Origin: Schmidtea polychroa | Lineage: Eukaryota | Direction: 5' to 3' | DNA: 64,000 nucleotides | Assembly: GCA_044892525.1 (NCBI GenBank) | Contig: CM097885.1 | Span: forward strand, 39,682,001-39,746,000 | Part shown: one piece after another, positions 1 through 15,200 of the stretch | Position numbering within the stretch: the stretch's first letter is position 1 | Layout of the letters: each line of letters starts with the position of its first letter | Translations under genes and position numbers: made by a program | Notes under the pieces: generated by a model | What the model saw: only the letters and a program-made list of their open reading frames with translations | What the model was told of the DNA's origin: nothing | Database searches by the model: none

Positions 1-824
1 TGATTTATCACATTCGTATAATCCAGGTTCCCAACTGTGCCAATAATGCATTAAAACAAAATACACATTCATGTAATGGCTCTATTTCTTGACATTATCT
101 TTAATCATGATTAATTAACTTCCTCAGTTTTGATTTTAATGGTTGTTGAATGTTATGGAACAATCTTTTGTCTTAAAACACGATAAATGCTTTATAATAT
201 TTTACTTAAATGCTTAAAATATTTTAAATTAATAAATTAATTTAATAAAATCAATAAAATCTTGAAAAGAACAGCAAATTTAATTTAATTACTTACTGTA
301 TAACTTAAAATGTTTTAGTATAAAAAATTTTAATTATTTATTATCTCATAAATTATTTTTTTCAAATGCTTAAGTTATTTTAAAAATATCTCATTTTCTG
401 ACTTTCGTAGGTCCTAAGCAAGCCTATTATTGGATAAGACGGTCCTGCTTGGAGGATATTTTAAATAAATTTAATTAAAGTTATTCCGCCATGAAAAGTG
501 CCCGCTTTTCCTGTAAAGTGATAAAAGTTAAAATTGTAACATCAAAAATAAAATTAATAAAATTCTGAAAAATTTACGGTCAAATTTAATTTTTAATGAT
601 CTGAATTTTTAAATTTCATATATTTTAATGTAAATTTTTGTTACCCATGAATTGAGTATTATATTATGCTAATTATTCAAGATTATTCAACGGGGTTATT
701 ACCGCTAAACACTAAGGGATACTTTTTAGGATATTTAGAAAAAAGCATTGCAAGATTAAAGAAAATATTATCAAATTAAAACCAAAACATAAGGAACATT
801 TTTTTTATTTAATAATGTTTTATG

Positions 825-2100
825 AAAATTTATAAAAACAATTAATACATAATCCAATATCACATTTAATACACGTCTTTCTAACAATAGATTTGCAATT
901 ACTACCAACAGAGGGTTTTTTTAACAATGATTGTTTGAATCATAGCCGAATCATAATGTTTCGAAAACTTTTGAGGAGGATTTTTGCATGACACCTTTGC
1001 CGCGACATAATATTTTGTAAATAGATTTGAACAATCCCTTACCAAAATTCTATTTGGGAATTTTCATTGCTATTTTTAAAATTCAGGCATTGTTAATACA
1101 AATATTTAATAATCAGGATAAGAGACTTGTACCACTTTTTATTGGAGATAGTGATGTGATATTTTGTAGCCTCTTCGTCCATTCAATGTATGTCTCCACC
1201 GTATTTGTTCTATTGACTCACAATGTCTGGTCTTGGGACTTGAATAATTTTCTTCAAGTTGCATGAATGACGTGAAACGTTTCCTATAGGTTCCACTCAA
1301 TGATTGTTGGGAACCATAGAAAAAGCCGATTTATCATGTCATTTCACGAACATAATTTTTTTCATCCTAAAAACAAACCATTCATGCCATAATTTAGAAG
1401 CTTTAACGTATTCACCATGTGAGTAACGACTTTACCAAATTTCTTTTGATTAAGTTCATTCTGGCTATCATTATTTCCTTGATAAATCTCAAAGTCCTCT
1501 ACGAACTGTATTCAACCTCCCAACTTTATACTCATATTTCATAGTTTAAGATCTAAAAAATAGCTTACATTTATGCCTTCCAAAATATTTAACCATACTT
1601 TCGTCAAATGACATGCTTTCTCTGGCATAACATTTTTGTGGAAATTTTTCTTAATTAAATTTATGAGTGGACAAAGTTTTCACATTTTATTTGTTAAGTT
1701 TGTTATCAGCACGATGAAAAAGTCATAATATTTCTTTGCATTATTTTATTCATTCGTTTACCAAATCCTTAATATCTTACCAATAGTATTTTATCACTCG
1801 GAAAAATTGTTAAAATCACTTAAAATTAATATCCCGATAAAAGTTTTAATTTCTATTGTAAAATTCGAATTCGGACCATTTATAAAGCTGGTATAATTAT
1901 TTAGATTTTTTTCCTAAGTTGAGAAATAGTACCCTTCATAAAAGATTCAAATAAATTATAAAGATCGCCTTCATATTTTTCTGCCGAATCTTTATCAGTT
2001 AAAACAGATAGATCTCAAATAGATACCCTATAGGAACGGTAAATATGGTTTCCAACGGAATGGTTTCCATGTGAAATCATATCCAGAGCATCTTTCACCG
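825..2100 (-). pseudogene. Decayed piggyBac (PGBD-like) transposase
   Basis: Minus-strand translation with stops and frameshifts gives piggyBac motifs in the correct order: EIKTFIGILILS (~1820-1855), SFDESMVKYFGRHKCK (~1565-1612), NKYGG..MDE..TKYHITISNKKWY (~1130-1210), and the C-terminal Cys-rich CIKCDIGLCINCF (~835-875). Boundaries approximate. Confidence 0.75.
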
Positions 2101-2840
2101 ACAAAATATTTTTAGTTTTTGAAGTCTGTAGAGAAAATTAATATATAAGGATAGAAAATCAACACTGACTGAATCACTAGTTTTTATCTAGGTGCATTGG
2201 GATACAATATTCATTTTATTGTGCACTATAAGCCACTAGTGTAGTAACGTAAACAATACATCAATCGTTTGTTTGTTTACTCACTTAGAGTTTCCATGTG
2301 GTAACGATATGTAATTTCATTTGATAAAATAAATATTTTACCACCAATTTCAATGTTTTCTAATATGTTGAAAATTTGAAATTGACCTTTTACGGAAATC
2401 ATATTAAATAATAAAAATTAGCATTATTATTGAACCTATGAATCTGTAAAGAGAAGAAAACACTTAAAAGCCGAAATTAATTGAAAATTGTACATAAAAT
2501 CGAACAAAATGTATTTATATTTAATCAATGAGTTTATCAATAGATAATGTTTTGAGAAATAGAAACCTTTTAAGGAAAAGACCTTATACAAATTGTTTAT
2601 ATGAAAATGTATAATATATAATCAACATTCAGGTCTTGCTCCGCAATTAAGTGTTTTCAGGATATATAGTTTCACTTTGTTAAAGTTAGATTTCATATAT
2701 TTAACCCCTTAGACGCGTAAATCATCTAAAGTTAGCTGAATTTTTTGAGCCCCTTCTCGCAAAATATAACCTGAAAACTAATTTTTGGTGTATTGAATCA
2801 AGATATTGATTAAAGTAATTAAAATAAATTTTGTAGAATA

Positions 2841-3681
2841 CAGCAATGTCTCGTAGAACGTGCTCTCATAGAATACGATCTCGCTAATACGCGGTTCGTT
2901 AAAAAAAGAATTGCAGTAACGAAAACATTTAAAAAAATCGATAAAATATTTTTTTCCGGAAAAAATTGCGAAAAGTTCAAATCAGAAAATACTAACAATG
3001 CTATTACTGTGTCACTGACAGATCCGAAGAGAAGAATTCACTCCCTTTACTTAAATTTTAACATTTTATATGGTTATACAAGTATTTATGCGATATATGC
3101 GATATATGCGATATAACTTTTTATATGCTTCTGTTTTATTCACCACTTATATGTAGCCAATGAGTACGTACAGTAAATAATTTTATTATGTACACTAGAA
3201 CATGATAAAATTAAAATTGCTACGTATAAACATAATTATATTTTGTTAAATACCTTTGTCTTTAATCTATTTTAGAAACCGGAAATAACCATTTAAAATC
3301 TCGGCTTCGGATTACAATTCTTCGAATTGGATGGTGGAATTTATCATTTAATTGTTTTAGCGACATTTTATACTGTATTTTATATCTCATAAATACTCGT
3401 ATAACCATATAAAATGTTAAAATTTAAGTAAAGCGAGTGAATTTGTTTTATTTTTCGATTGTTTTTATTTAATATATTTATTTACTATAGGTTTCAAGCC
3501 TATAATAAATAATATATTATAGTGCAAATAATATATTATAGTGCAAACAATAGTATTAAACAATGTTTTAGGCACTCGCAACTGACTTAAAAGATTTTAC
3601 AGGTTGATTTCAGATATACGCGGTCTCGCCAATAACGCGGTGGGTCAGGAACGTAACGCCACGTTATAGGAGATATTGCTG
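2841..3681. mobile_element. Non-autonomous pogo/Tigger-like (Tc1/mariner) MITE
   Basis: Imperfect TIRs CAGCAATGTCTCGTAGAACG / CGTTATAGGAGATATTGCTG, TA on both flanks; internal inverted repeat of about 55 bp (~3035-3090 vs ~3388-3443). Confidence 0.75.
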
Positions 3682-4053
3682 TACTTTATCTTTTATGAAA
3701 CATTTGCATCTTTCAGACCCAACTTTTTTTTCGTTAACTCGTTCAAAGAGTTTCAAGCTTGTTTCATAGATTTATGAATTACTTTTTAAAATGTATTTCA
3801 ATATATTTTGTTTGTTGCTCTCTCATCTAATTTTGTAATAAAATCCCCATGATCAAAGACAACCTAATCTTTATCAATTTTACAAACATTAATGTTTCTT
3901 AAATAAATCTTTTAATGCAGCGTTTCCCAAAATTTTTTGACCGGGGCCCAGTACGAGATTTTAAAATTTTTCGCAACTCACCTTATGAAAAAAGACATTT
4001 TTTTACAAAAGACCTGGCAAAGTTAAAACAACGCGCTGAAGCAAGCGGTTAAG

Positions 4054-4056
<3 letters not shown>

Positions 4057-4118
<62 letters not shown>
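4057..4118. repeat. (TA)n microsatellite
   Basis: Directly visible perfect dinucleotide run. Confidence 0.97.
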
Positions 4119-4121
<3 letters not shown>

Positions 4122-6219
4122 ACTTCAAGAAAAGTTATAAAATTAACTCAATTTTCTTTAACTATGAAATATTATTTTAGATTTTATTGATGTGGATGTC
4201 AAGTCAGATGGTGGGATAAATACACGGTTCTGTTGTAGACAATCAAAGTCAGGTGTCAGCGTTAAGAAAAACATATTCGAATTTTTCAATTTTTCGTCGA
4301 TTTTGATAGTTTCTAGTGTAAGTCAACTACGATTATTATTTTTTACTTTTAATGTTTTTAAATTAATTAAATAATGAAGTCAGTGATGAAATCAGTGTCT
4401 AAAATTTATGTTAAACAGGAAAAATGATTGATTTATATAAAGATGAAATAAAAAGGAAATAAATGTGAAATTTAAAAGAATAAAACTATTTAATTTAATT
4501 ATTTTAATACTCAATTAATAAAAATTGTTTTAGGCTATTTAAAATTGTAATTATTGTAATTATTGTAATTATTGTAATTATCAATTATTCTTTATAAAAT
4601 TATAGTAAAATTAATCTCTAGTAAATTAACCCATTCCAGCCCAATTTTTTTTTATTTCACGTGCACACAATATTTGTTATGCGCAGCGCGCTGGTAAATA
4701 CAATTATTTTTCTGTCATTTAATTCAACTTTTATGCGTATGCAACATTGTCAACTGTTAAAAATATATCTATCTTCAATTTACATTAGTTACTGCCAACA
4801 TTTTTAATCGTCGAAAAACAAAAATATAATTTTGAATTAATCATTCCATTTGGAATCATTGGGCCGGAAAGGCTCACATCTAATCCTGTAAGGCTTGACT
4901 TCTTGTTTTATGGTATAAATCGAATAAATGAATATTTATCAACAGCATGTCCGGGAAAATTTTTTAAATGTTGAAATGATTTTTATTAAGTAACTTACAG
5001 CTATATAGTTGATATAGCTCATAAGCACCTAATATTTGGGCTAGGTTCAGGTAAGTAGTAGGGCAGTAGTATGTATTGATTATTATTTCAAGCGTTTTTA
5101 TATAATTTTTTAAGTATAATATCGTTACTGGCCCACAATAAGTTTTGTATTGAGAACTACTGAACTAGATTATACAGCAATATTTTTGCAATAAATAAAT
5201 TCCGTAATACACGTGAAAAGTTTTCGTGGTTTATATCAACATATTTATGAAATGTGAATTGTGTCAAGTAGTAAAAAGAGGGGGCGAGTAATTGTTATTT
5301 ATTTTGATTTTTTATTAAATTCTGAATTTACAGTTTTATTCAATAAGCGATTTGTTTATGAATGAATTCAGGAGTATTATTAGGATTACGATTGGATAAA
5401 GCCCCTTTTTTCTCGCTTAATTTGTGTGATTGTAATTGGACAATATTAATACTTTGAGTAATATTTGTTATCAAAACATTGGTCATATATTTCTCAGAAA
5501 ATGATTTTTAATTTTAAGGTTTATAATATTTGACAAAAATAAAATAATCAAAAAGAAAGTTTATTTCACTTGAAAAATAAAATCATGATTTTATTTAATG
5601 AGTTTCACTCAATGCAGTTTCCATAGAAAGAACTAGAAGAAATCGCCTAAAGTTCATTCAAGAATATCGTTACTGGTTATGTTGGCAGTAACAAGGTAGG
5701 CAACTAAAACATTATACTGATGAACTGATTGACTACTATTGTGGTTTAAGTTGAAATATGTCACTTAATCTTCTGTTCCTGCTTGTGTATCTTGATTTAT
5801 TTATGTCATTATTAGTTTAATTTACGAAAGATGAAGGTGTAGATGAAGTTTTGTCAGAAAAGTTAGAGGACCACTGTTAGATGCATTGGAAACATAAGTC
5901 GCCATCGTGTATAAATCATATCCCCACTTTTCGTTTTTAAAATCAGTTATATAGGTCCGTTTTATATACGAGAAATTACGGTATATATATATATATATAT
6001 ATATGGAAAACTCAACATTCGATTTACACAGTTGACATGTACCAACAAAAATCTTGCAAATTTTAAAGCTGTTTAACCTAAGTTTTATTATACCTTAAAA
6101 CATTTGACCAACAAGATCCGATTTCTGGAAAGTCAGAAGAGAATTAATTTCAATTTTCCATTTCAACTTTAGAAACCGATAATATAATCGTAAATGTTTA
6201 CAACAATTTTTCATTTCAG

Positions 6220-9200
6220 AATACTAAATGTCCACCAAGCTTAAATGATACAGACATTCAAATTAGAAGCTATTATTTTGAAGCGATTTCCTATAGAGAA
6301 ACATTGGAGTGCCCTAAATGTGAAATGTTCAGCTCATTCACATTTAATGAATACAAATTTGGCAGACGATGGAAATATTACAAAGTCCAGTTCCATGCTT
6401 GCAGTTATGAAAGAGCAATAAGTAATTTTTCTTCTTTAAAATGATGTTGACTGAAATTATCGATGGTGTTCGTTTTACATAATTCTATTAAACCCCTCGA
6501 AGTAATCTCTACCCAATTTCTCTATTATCTCAGAAACTGTAGAGATATAAAGTCACATTTGATTCTACCTTCTTCCCTTCGACTTCCTTTGAGAGTTATT
6601 CGTTTTCACGGACGACCTGTTGAAATATGAAAACTCGATTTCGATTTTGTTTTTCCCTTTCTAATTTTTACTTGTTAATTAAGAATGACTTTGTCGTATT
6701 CCATTATTTAATTTTATCGATTCTTTGCCATTTCCTTTTTAAATACCTGGTTCTTACCGTCGCTCCTGCTTCTCAGAATTCTGGTGCAACATACCCTTTA
6801 TTTTTTTACCATTTCCTCCACTCATTTTGCTCACTTTGATAATTATTTAATTTTATTATTTAGATATCTTCAATAAAAATATAATGAGTATAAAATGTTA
6901 ATTGGATGCTGAATTTTTATGAAAGTGCTATTTGAATTATTTTAAAAAGTGTCTTAAGGAAAAAAAAGAATATAAAAACGGGTTGCGACAAATTTTGGTA
7001 TTTATATTTTTTATTTAGTACGATGAAATAAGAGGACTTAAATATAATACGAAATAATTGAGTGGTACAAAATAAAGATAGTGACTTTATTGCCAAGATT
7101 GCTCATAATTACCAACATTTATTAGTTTTTGTAGTTTTTATTAGAAATTTTTTTTTGCTATGAATCAATAAAGATATAAAATAACATCGATATCTTTACT
7201 GATTCATAGCAAAAAAAAATTTCTAATAAATTCAATGTCAATTGAAAAGAAATCAGAGGTGAAAATTGAAAAGTGTGCTTGTAATTTTGTAGTGTAGTTT
7301 TATTTCTTTTTTCCTAGTACTGTAAATACTCGTTTATAAGTTACTTAAGTATAGTTCATAAGTCCATAAGTTCATTGAAAATGATACAATTCGTTTTAGG
7401 TGGTTTTGCATATGCAACTCTCAATTCAAGATGTCCACCGGAAATGAAATATGGCTATGTCAAATACACTCGAAATAGATATTCCGTGTTGTATGGAAAC
7501 AGAATCACGACTACGTTGTGCACCGTAGTTAATTATCGGAAAAACTTAACATTTCCTGAAGGCAAATACTGCATTTACAAACTTGGAAATGAATGTCCTG
7601 TCGGTAAGTGGTTTTTTCTGTCATTTCAATTGTATACACATTTCCAGACATTGTACTCTGAGTTTTATAGAAGCTATCATTGTTTTTTTTGCATTAGTCT
7701 TTTCTCGATAGATTGGTTTGTACAAGTCTTTTTCTTGATTGACAAAACCTTTAATTTACGTTCGTCTATCTGACTTTTTCTTAAAAAATCCTTAATCCTG
7801 TTTAAAATATGTAAGAAGTTCAGATGGGTCCTTTGTTGTAATACTTTATAATAATCCAAATTCTCGAAATAATAAAATCCAAAGTCAAAGTTTTATTTCA
7901 AAAATGTTTTTAGATTTGTTTCATTTTGTTTCACCACGCTACTAAATGATAAAAAAGGAATCATAAATTGAATAAATAATGATTAAAATGGAATCTAATT
8001 AGACAAAAATATTTAAAAATTAAATGTCTTAAGAGTTAAGAAACTCTTAAAAATCAACAGTTTGAAAACTTTCTAGTGCGATTAATAATCCAGAGATTTT
8101 GTCTTATTCGCGATTGATTTTTGTTCAATTTAATTTATCTTCATTTCAAGTTTTAGAATATCGATCAATCTTTTGTTTTATATTTAACAAGAATTTTAAC
8201 CAATGCTTTTTAATAGAATTGTAATTAATTAACGATGAACTATATAAACCGATTTATTAACAATTTAAATCAGGGATGCACAGACTTGTGGGAATTAAGG
8301 ACCACTTGGAATTTTTTGAAAAAAACGGTGGGCCGCTAAAGAAATTCAAGTATTGTTTTTTATTATTTTTTACCACGGCGGGCTACAAAAAATCGTGTGA
8401 GGGCCGTATGTGACCCATGAACTGTGGTCTGTGCATTCCTGATTTAAATGAATAAATAAATTATATCACTTATTAAAATCTAATCTTTTCAAGGCTTTAG
8501 CAGTGTAAAATCGTTGCTTCCTTTGCATTTCTACAGATTTTCTGATAGTGGTGGAGATTTAACAAATTATCAAATGGACGTTTTCTGTTGCAAAATGAAT
8601 TCCTCGTCAACATTTACAAATCAAACCCTACCATATGTCACACCAACGTTTGAATTTGGTCTCCCGTATGCCAATGATAGTTTCAGTTGTGTCCATGGAC
8701 TGGATACTCACACCGCTGTTGAAGATCCTCATATGTGCCATTATTATCCAACAACAGGTTTGTTTTATTAATAAGACTAATATACTTTAGAAAGGTTTTA
8801 GATAGTAAGCTATGTATTATGTAAATTTGCACAAAACTTTAATGAGTATATTATGAACTTAATTACATAATATTTTATACATGTTCTTAAATGTTCATAC
8901 ATATATTGGCCCGGAAACATGCACTTTTTTATTGTTCTAGCTAGAGTTTACTTTGATATTCATTTCCCAGAGTCTTCGATTAAATGAATGTTAGACTTTT
9001 TTGCAGAATTTAGTATATTATATGTTATATTATAATATATGTCAAATGTACTTGCACTATTCTAGTTTTGCGTATTGAAGCTCTTGAAAGAGCCCCAAAA
9101 TTGATTTTCGTAATGAAACGATGTAGTTGTTGAACCCAATAAGTACTTTGTATGAAAATAAGTAACTTCTATTACGTTTATCTAAGTCAGTGATTCTCAA

Positions 9201-12200
9201 CATTATTTTTGTTGAGGCACACTTAACAATTTCAAAATTTTGGGGCACACAAAGAAATAGATAAGTTTTAAAATTATTTACTTACCTATAACACACTGCG
9301 TAAAATAGTTTATGATAAAAATTTTAAATGTGCAAAATAAAATAATATGTACTAAAAAAATAATAAAACGTTTATTTAGAATTAATGACAAATTAATAAT
9401 AAGAATACTTTTAATGTGGAATTTGAGCTTGATGTTTTTTGATAATTTCATTTATTTTTGGTTGTAAAAATGGCAATGCTACTCTCATATCGTTTTCTAC
9501 ATTTAACAATCTTGATCTTTCGCTGCACACTTTTAAAATTTCGCCGCACAGTGGTTGAGAATTCCTAATCTAAGCTATTAATTCTTAAACAGTATTCGAT
9601 CTTCATAAGGTTTCATATTTAGTTTGTTCGCACAATCTATTGATATTGATTCCATAAATTATCAGGACTAAATTCATTATTACGATTTCAAGATCTTCAC
9701 TACTCTGATAATTCGAAGATTAATTATCTTTAGGTAATAAAAATTTATTATTCGATGTTTGAAATAACAATAAATTAAAATAAACAAAAATATGGATGAG
9801 TTTCCCATTTCAATAATTAAAATTTAAATTCCAATTTAACGAAGGTTGCTTTATTTTCACGCCTATTTGCATTGATAAAATTCAATAATTGTAGACCTTA
9901 ATGTTGGAACATAAGACCCAAATTTAAAATATATTCATAAGGAAATCCAACAGGTTTGAACCATGTTGATGCTTCCATAAATTCATAAGAAAACACGGTA
10001 TGTTTTTGCATTACCGATGTTTCAATTTTTATTTGATGATTGGATTCATAATTTCCTCTAGCAATGAATTTATACAATCTAGGATCCGATGAAGTTAATT
10101 TATAGTAAACAATTGATTTGTCATTCAAGATCAATGAGTGATTATTGATCCAATTACATTTCTCATAGCTCCAATCAGGTGTGATCTGACGTTCGTTTGA
10201 GGATTTGTAATGCGAATATTGATAGTGTATGAGTATATCAAGAATAGGAAAATTGGTGTTAATACCATAATGAATTTAATATAGAAGCGAGACAGTGGCG
10301 GTGTGACGAACTGAAATTTAAAATATTGCAATTTAGGGTTTTAGAAATTATGTATTTTAGGAGGAAACAGATTTCCTTCAAGTTGATAAAATTCCATGGT
10401 TTTGCATACATTTTGAAATAAAAGGTTGTGTTTTTTGAAAGAAGAATGAATATTTAAACAATGTAATTTAATTTACTTAATTTTATAATAAATTTGTAAT
10501 TTAATTATTAAATTAATATATTTATTGATTGGAGTGTCGAATGCACTACACTTAACACAAACTATTCTAACTCCAATAAATAAATATAAAATAGAAATAT
10601 AAAAATTATATTAAATTAAATCAACAAGTTAACTCTTTTCTTTACAAAAAAAATACTTTATTAAACTGAATAAGATTACAAACTGTATATGTTTTAAAAT
10701 TAGACATGAAAAGTTTTTTATCTGTTTTTTGAATTTGATGATTTCATCTACTTTCATTCTTACAAAAAATAAAAAATTAAATTCTACGCAAAACATATTT
10801 TCGGCTTTGGCAAATTTTATTTTTGATATTTTGTCAGAATGAAAGTAAATCCACATATGACACTGTTTCTTATATTTTAATTTTTTTAGATCGAACAAAA
10901 GGAATTTCAGTGGTTTTTCCAGCTAGTATATGTGACTACAAATCATACAGATACACTGGAAGTTATCGAACTTCTTATTCTGCATCTTCCATGATACGCT
11001 ATTGCTACTTCTATGTCAATAAAAATCCTCCTCCTGGAAGCTACTGCGCACCATTTTCCAAAACATGTCCTTCAAAATGTAATTTTCTTTATAGTTTGTT
11101 TAAATTATATATAATTTTAGATTTTTATTATGTAACCTATCATCCTTTGATGCAACGGGTTATTTGTTGTCGCAAACCAACTCCTGATGACCAAAAGGAA
11201 ATTGAATCCAAATTTACACCATTTAAATGGGCAAATGAAGTTAAATCGTTTTCCTTGTTGGCATTTAAGAGGAAATGTCCCATTTTTGAAAGATATAATT
11301 ATGGAAAAGAGCCCATGAAGCGTTTTTATTCATATTATACACCTAATCTTGCCGCTGCTCATAGAAAAAATTTGACAGATATGGGTTTTGAAATTTCCCA
11401 TATAAATAAGGGATTCAACGTACCAATGTACAGTTGTGATTACAAACTTGATCCTTACAATAAATCAGGTAATTATTTTAGTAAAAAAAGATTGTTCTCA
11501 TATTTTTACCTTTGGTTTGAATTAGTGGTTTATTTTGCATGGCCAATTGAGTGCTAATTGTTTCATGGATGGAATTACGTTTTTATTCGATAGAAATTAG
11601 ATTTCGACTCTGGCTTCATTTTAGCAGCGTAGTTAAGGAGGAATAAAGCATTGGTCTCCCAAGTGGCACTTTAAGTTACTGTAGCGATTGTAAATGTTGG
11701 AAATTAAAATTTTCACTTTAAAAATAAAAACGGTGTTTTATTATGTTTTATTATAAGAAAAGACCAAACCAAATATCCTTGAAAATACAGCATTGCGTAA
11801 TATCATACAGTTTTTAACTCTGGTGTAGAATTGTATATGATGCTATGTAACTTATATAAGTTCCTTTAGTGTCATATCTTATGACAAACTAAAACATTAA
11901 CAGTTGCATAATTTAATATTTTATTGGACAAACTCATATATTATGATAGAATTCGAGTAATTTCATAATCCATGTATTATTATGTAATATCATTTCATAT
12001 TATATCATACTGCATATTATTGTATAATGCTATACTAAAATATAACTGTATATGTTATAGCATAAAGCCAATTAATACGATGCGTAATTTTATATTTTAA
12101 TACACAATTGTATATATTATTACGACAAAAACCTCTAGCTACCGTATTGCGCCAAGTTTTCACAACTTAATGATTAAAATCACAAATAATATTAAAACTT

Positions 12201-15200
12201 TATTTACAATTAAAATTCGAAGAAAAACTCATTCAATTATCACACAATAAGCGAAATTCCTCGCATCGTTTATTTATTTTTTAGATTTCAGTGAAGTAAA
12301 TCTTCCTAAGGAAGATTATTTTTAGATTAACCTCTTGGTAGTTGATATCTTGATTGTTACTTTAATTTCTCTCTCTTCTTTTATAATAGTGATGCATGTA
12401 ATTTCTTCAGCCAAAAATGGTCTTTGGCAAAAAATTGCAAATTTAAATAAATTTAATTACTACTGTGTATTACTGATTCTCATCAATTATATTTATTAAA
12501 ATTAATTCTATTTAACATAATAATTTCTATTAATCTTTTACTTGCAATTTATTGATTCTTTGCCTGTCAAAAGATGAATTTTGGTGTTCCTTATCCAGAT
12601 AACCAAATGTGTAGACAATTTTTTTAAATAATTAATTAATTAATATTTGTTTTTTTCTCTAACAATTAATTCCTTTTTGTCCTTTTGTCAGTTTCTCCTT
12701 TGTTTTCTACCTAAGACTAGAAGCTAATTTTTGATGTTGCTTCGATTTTTATGCTTGGATAATTAATGACTTTAAACTGAAATAATCTCCAAAATTCTTA
12801 CTATTGAAAATGTTCGCCAAACAAACCATTATCTGCCATCCGAAAATAAAGATGAATTACCGGTCATGGTCTTTTCTTTATTTTCTGGTTTGTTTACACA
12901 ACTGATATTTCTTTCAATTAATTAGTTCATTAATTAATTTTTATTTTATATTTTACACATATTGAGGCTTTTCTTACTCATCCTTGTATTTCTGACAAAA
13001 TCATTTCTATAATGTTTTCCCTCATTATATCTGCTATCCTTGACTAGTCTTTCCTCTTCAAATTCAAAAAATTAATCATCTATCGATTTTCTACAAACTC
13101 ACATTCATGTGCTCTCTATTTCTATTAAATTTCTCCTTCATCTTTTCACATTTCTATTTCATTTGGTTTTCATTCAATTTTTTTTTAAATAATTTCATTT
13201 TTATAACCCCAACAAAATCTATACTTTTTAAATATATTTTAGTTATTTGGCCTCATGGTCATTATGCCTTTCCTCGGCCACTAAGTGGATGTCCATCTAA
13301 TTTTAAGAGTGGAAATTTCACTCATGCAATGGAAACCGTTAATCCATCTTTTGCTCACTCAGATATCATACATCTAGATGGGGATTACATGATTGGAGGA
13401 AGCGTTATCAAATGGGGGTTCTGTGTTAAAAAGGATAACTATCAAAAGGAAAAGTTATTTTTACCTTATGGCAGATATTGTTTAATGAAAGTCGATTATT
13501 CTTGTCCTTCGAGTATTACATTTTAGTACTTTTATTTCAATTGTTTGCGTAGGTTTTTCAGAAGGTTCGGTAAAATTTGTGGAAATAACAGCTCTGAATA
13601 ATTTTGCAATCACACGAGAAGGAGCTTTACCAAAGATTGACACTGATGGTCCATTTATTAGTTATTATTTCTGTTGTCAAAGTGGAAGGGGAGACGTAGC
13701 CCATTTACCAATGTATCTTCCCACCGAGAGTGGGCCCTTTTATTTAATGAAATTTGGAACTTATTGTCAAAGGGTTTTTGGAATGCGAGTAACTGAAGAA
13801 TTTTTCTGTATTGATTCAGAAGATTCGTCTCAATATTTAAATTACACATTTCAATCGCCATACAAAACAGAAGGCTTGACTCCCGTCACTGGAAGTTTCG
13901 TTAGAGGGTGCGATTTTCAAATAAATCTATGCTATTATGAGAAAGGTACGAAATTTTATTTTATTTTACTATTTATATTCTCTTTTATAATATTTTTCTA
14001 TTACTGAGATTGATTGATTAATGGATTAATTAATTGATTGATTAATTGGTTGATTGTTTGAGATCATTCCACTTAGTCTTTGTGTGTTCAAAATTATATC
14101 AAAATTTCTGATAAAAATATTTTTTTGTATTATGAATATTGCGTATGTAACTGTATGTCGCTCACTGTAAGAATATATTAACAAATACTGAACAAGTAAA
14201 TGTAAAGAAAATCTTTTAAAAATGCCAATTTTTATTATTCGAAATATGTAAAGGTGCGGTACAATCAGAGCCGGATTTACTATTGAGGGGGTCCAATGCT
14301 AAAAGTCTTATATGGTTCTTTTATTATCTTTTTTAAACAAAGAAGTTAATTTGTTTCCTACTGTTATATAGATAAAATAATAGTTTAATTTCGAAAATAA
14401 TATTACATTTATTCATATATAAAAAATATAAACATAAAGTACAATTCATAAATAAAAATAACATTAATTTAGAAATATTTTTTTCTAGATTTTTTCTCTG
14501 CAAAATCTTCAACAGCAACTTTAGAAAAGTGTTTTATTAAATATTATATGTTATTAATATAATATTTAATAAAACTAATATTTAATAATATTTTAATAAT
14601 ATTAATAATATTTAATATTAATAATATTTAATATTAATATTAATAATATTTAATATAATTATATGTTATTATTAAATATATATATATATTATTAAATACT
14701 TCTTTACTTATATTGCATAAATATAAGGCTCCTAATTAAATGCAAACTAAATAATCCCATTTTGCACACTAAAAAATTAACATTTGCTAACTATTTTTGC
14801 AAACTAAAAAATAATTTTTGCACACTATTAAATACTTATTTGCTAACTATATTTTGCAAACTAAAAAAATGATTTTTGCACACTATAAAATCGATATTTG
14901 CTAACTATGTTCTGCAAACTAAAAAATAAATATTTGCACACTATTTTCAAAAATATTTATACATTATAAAATAAAAATTTCAGATATATTTCAATGAATA
15001 AAAAAGCATAGAGATTACAATTTATTGTGAATGCTTAAATACAACAATTTATAGACATTTAAAAAATGGTTTAACAAAATGTTTTGTATGATGGCTGCAT
15101 TTTATTTGCACTAGATATAATAAATTTTTAGTTCTACTGCAACAGCAATGCTTTTCTTGCTTTTGCAGGGCCACCTCTCTTTCTTTTGGTTCCAATTGGA

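Noticed and set aside
4789..4980. Open frame after an AG as a possible upstream exon of the ApeC gene
   Set aside because: No ApeC motif or signal peptide, and no convincing phase link to 6220.
3919..5162. Possible hAT MITE (CAGCGTTTCCCAAA ... TTGAGAACTACTG)
   Set aside because: Ends only loosely match and no TSD is recognisable.
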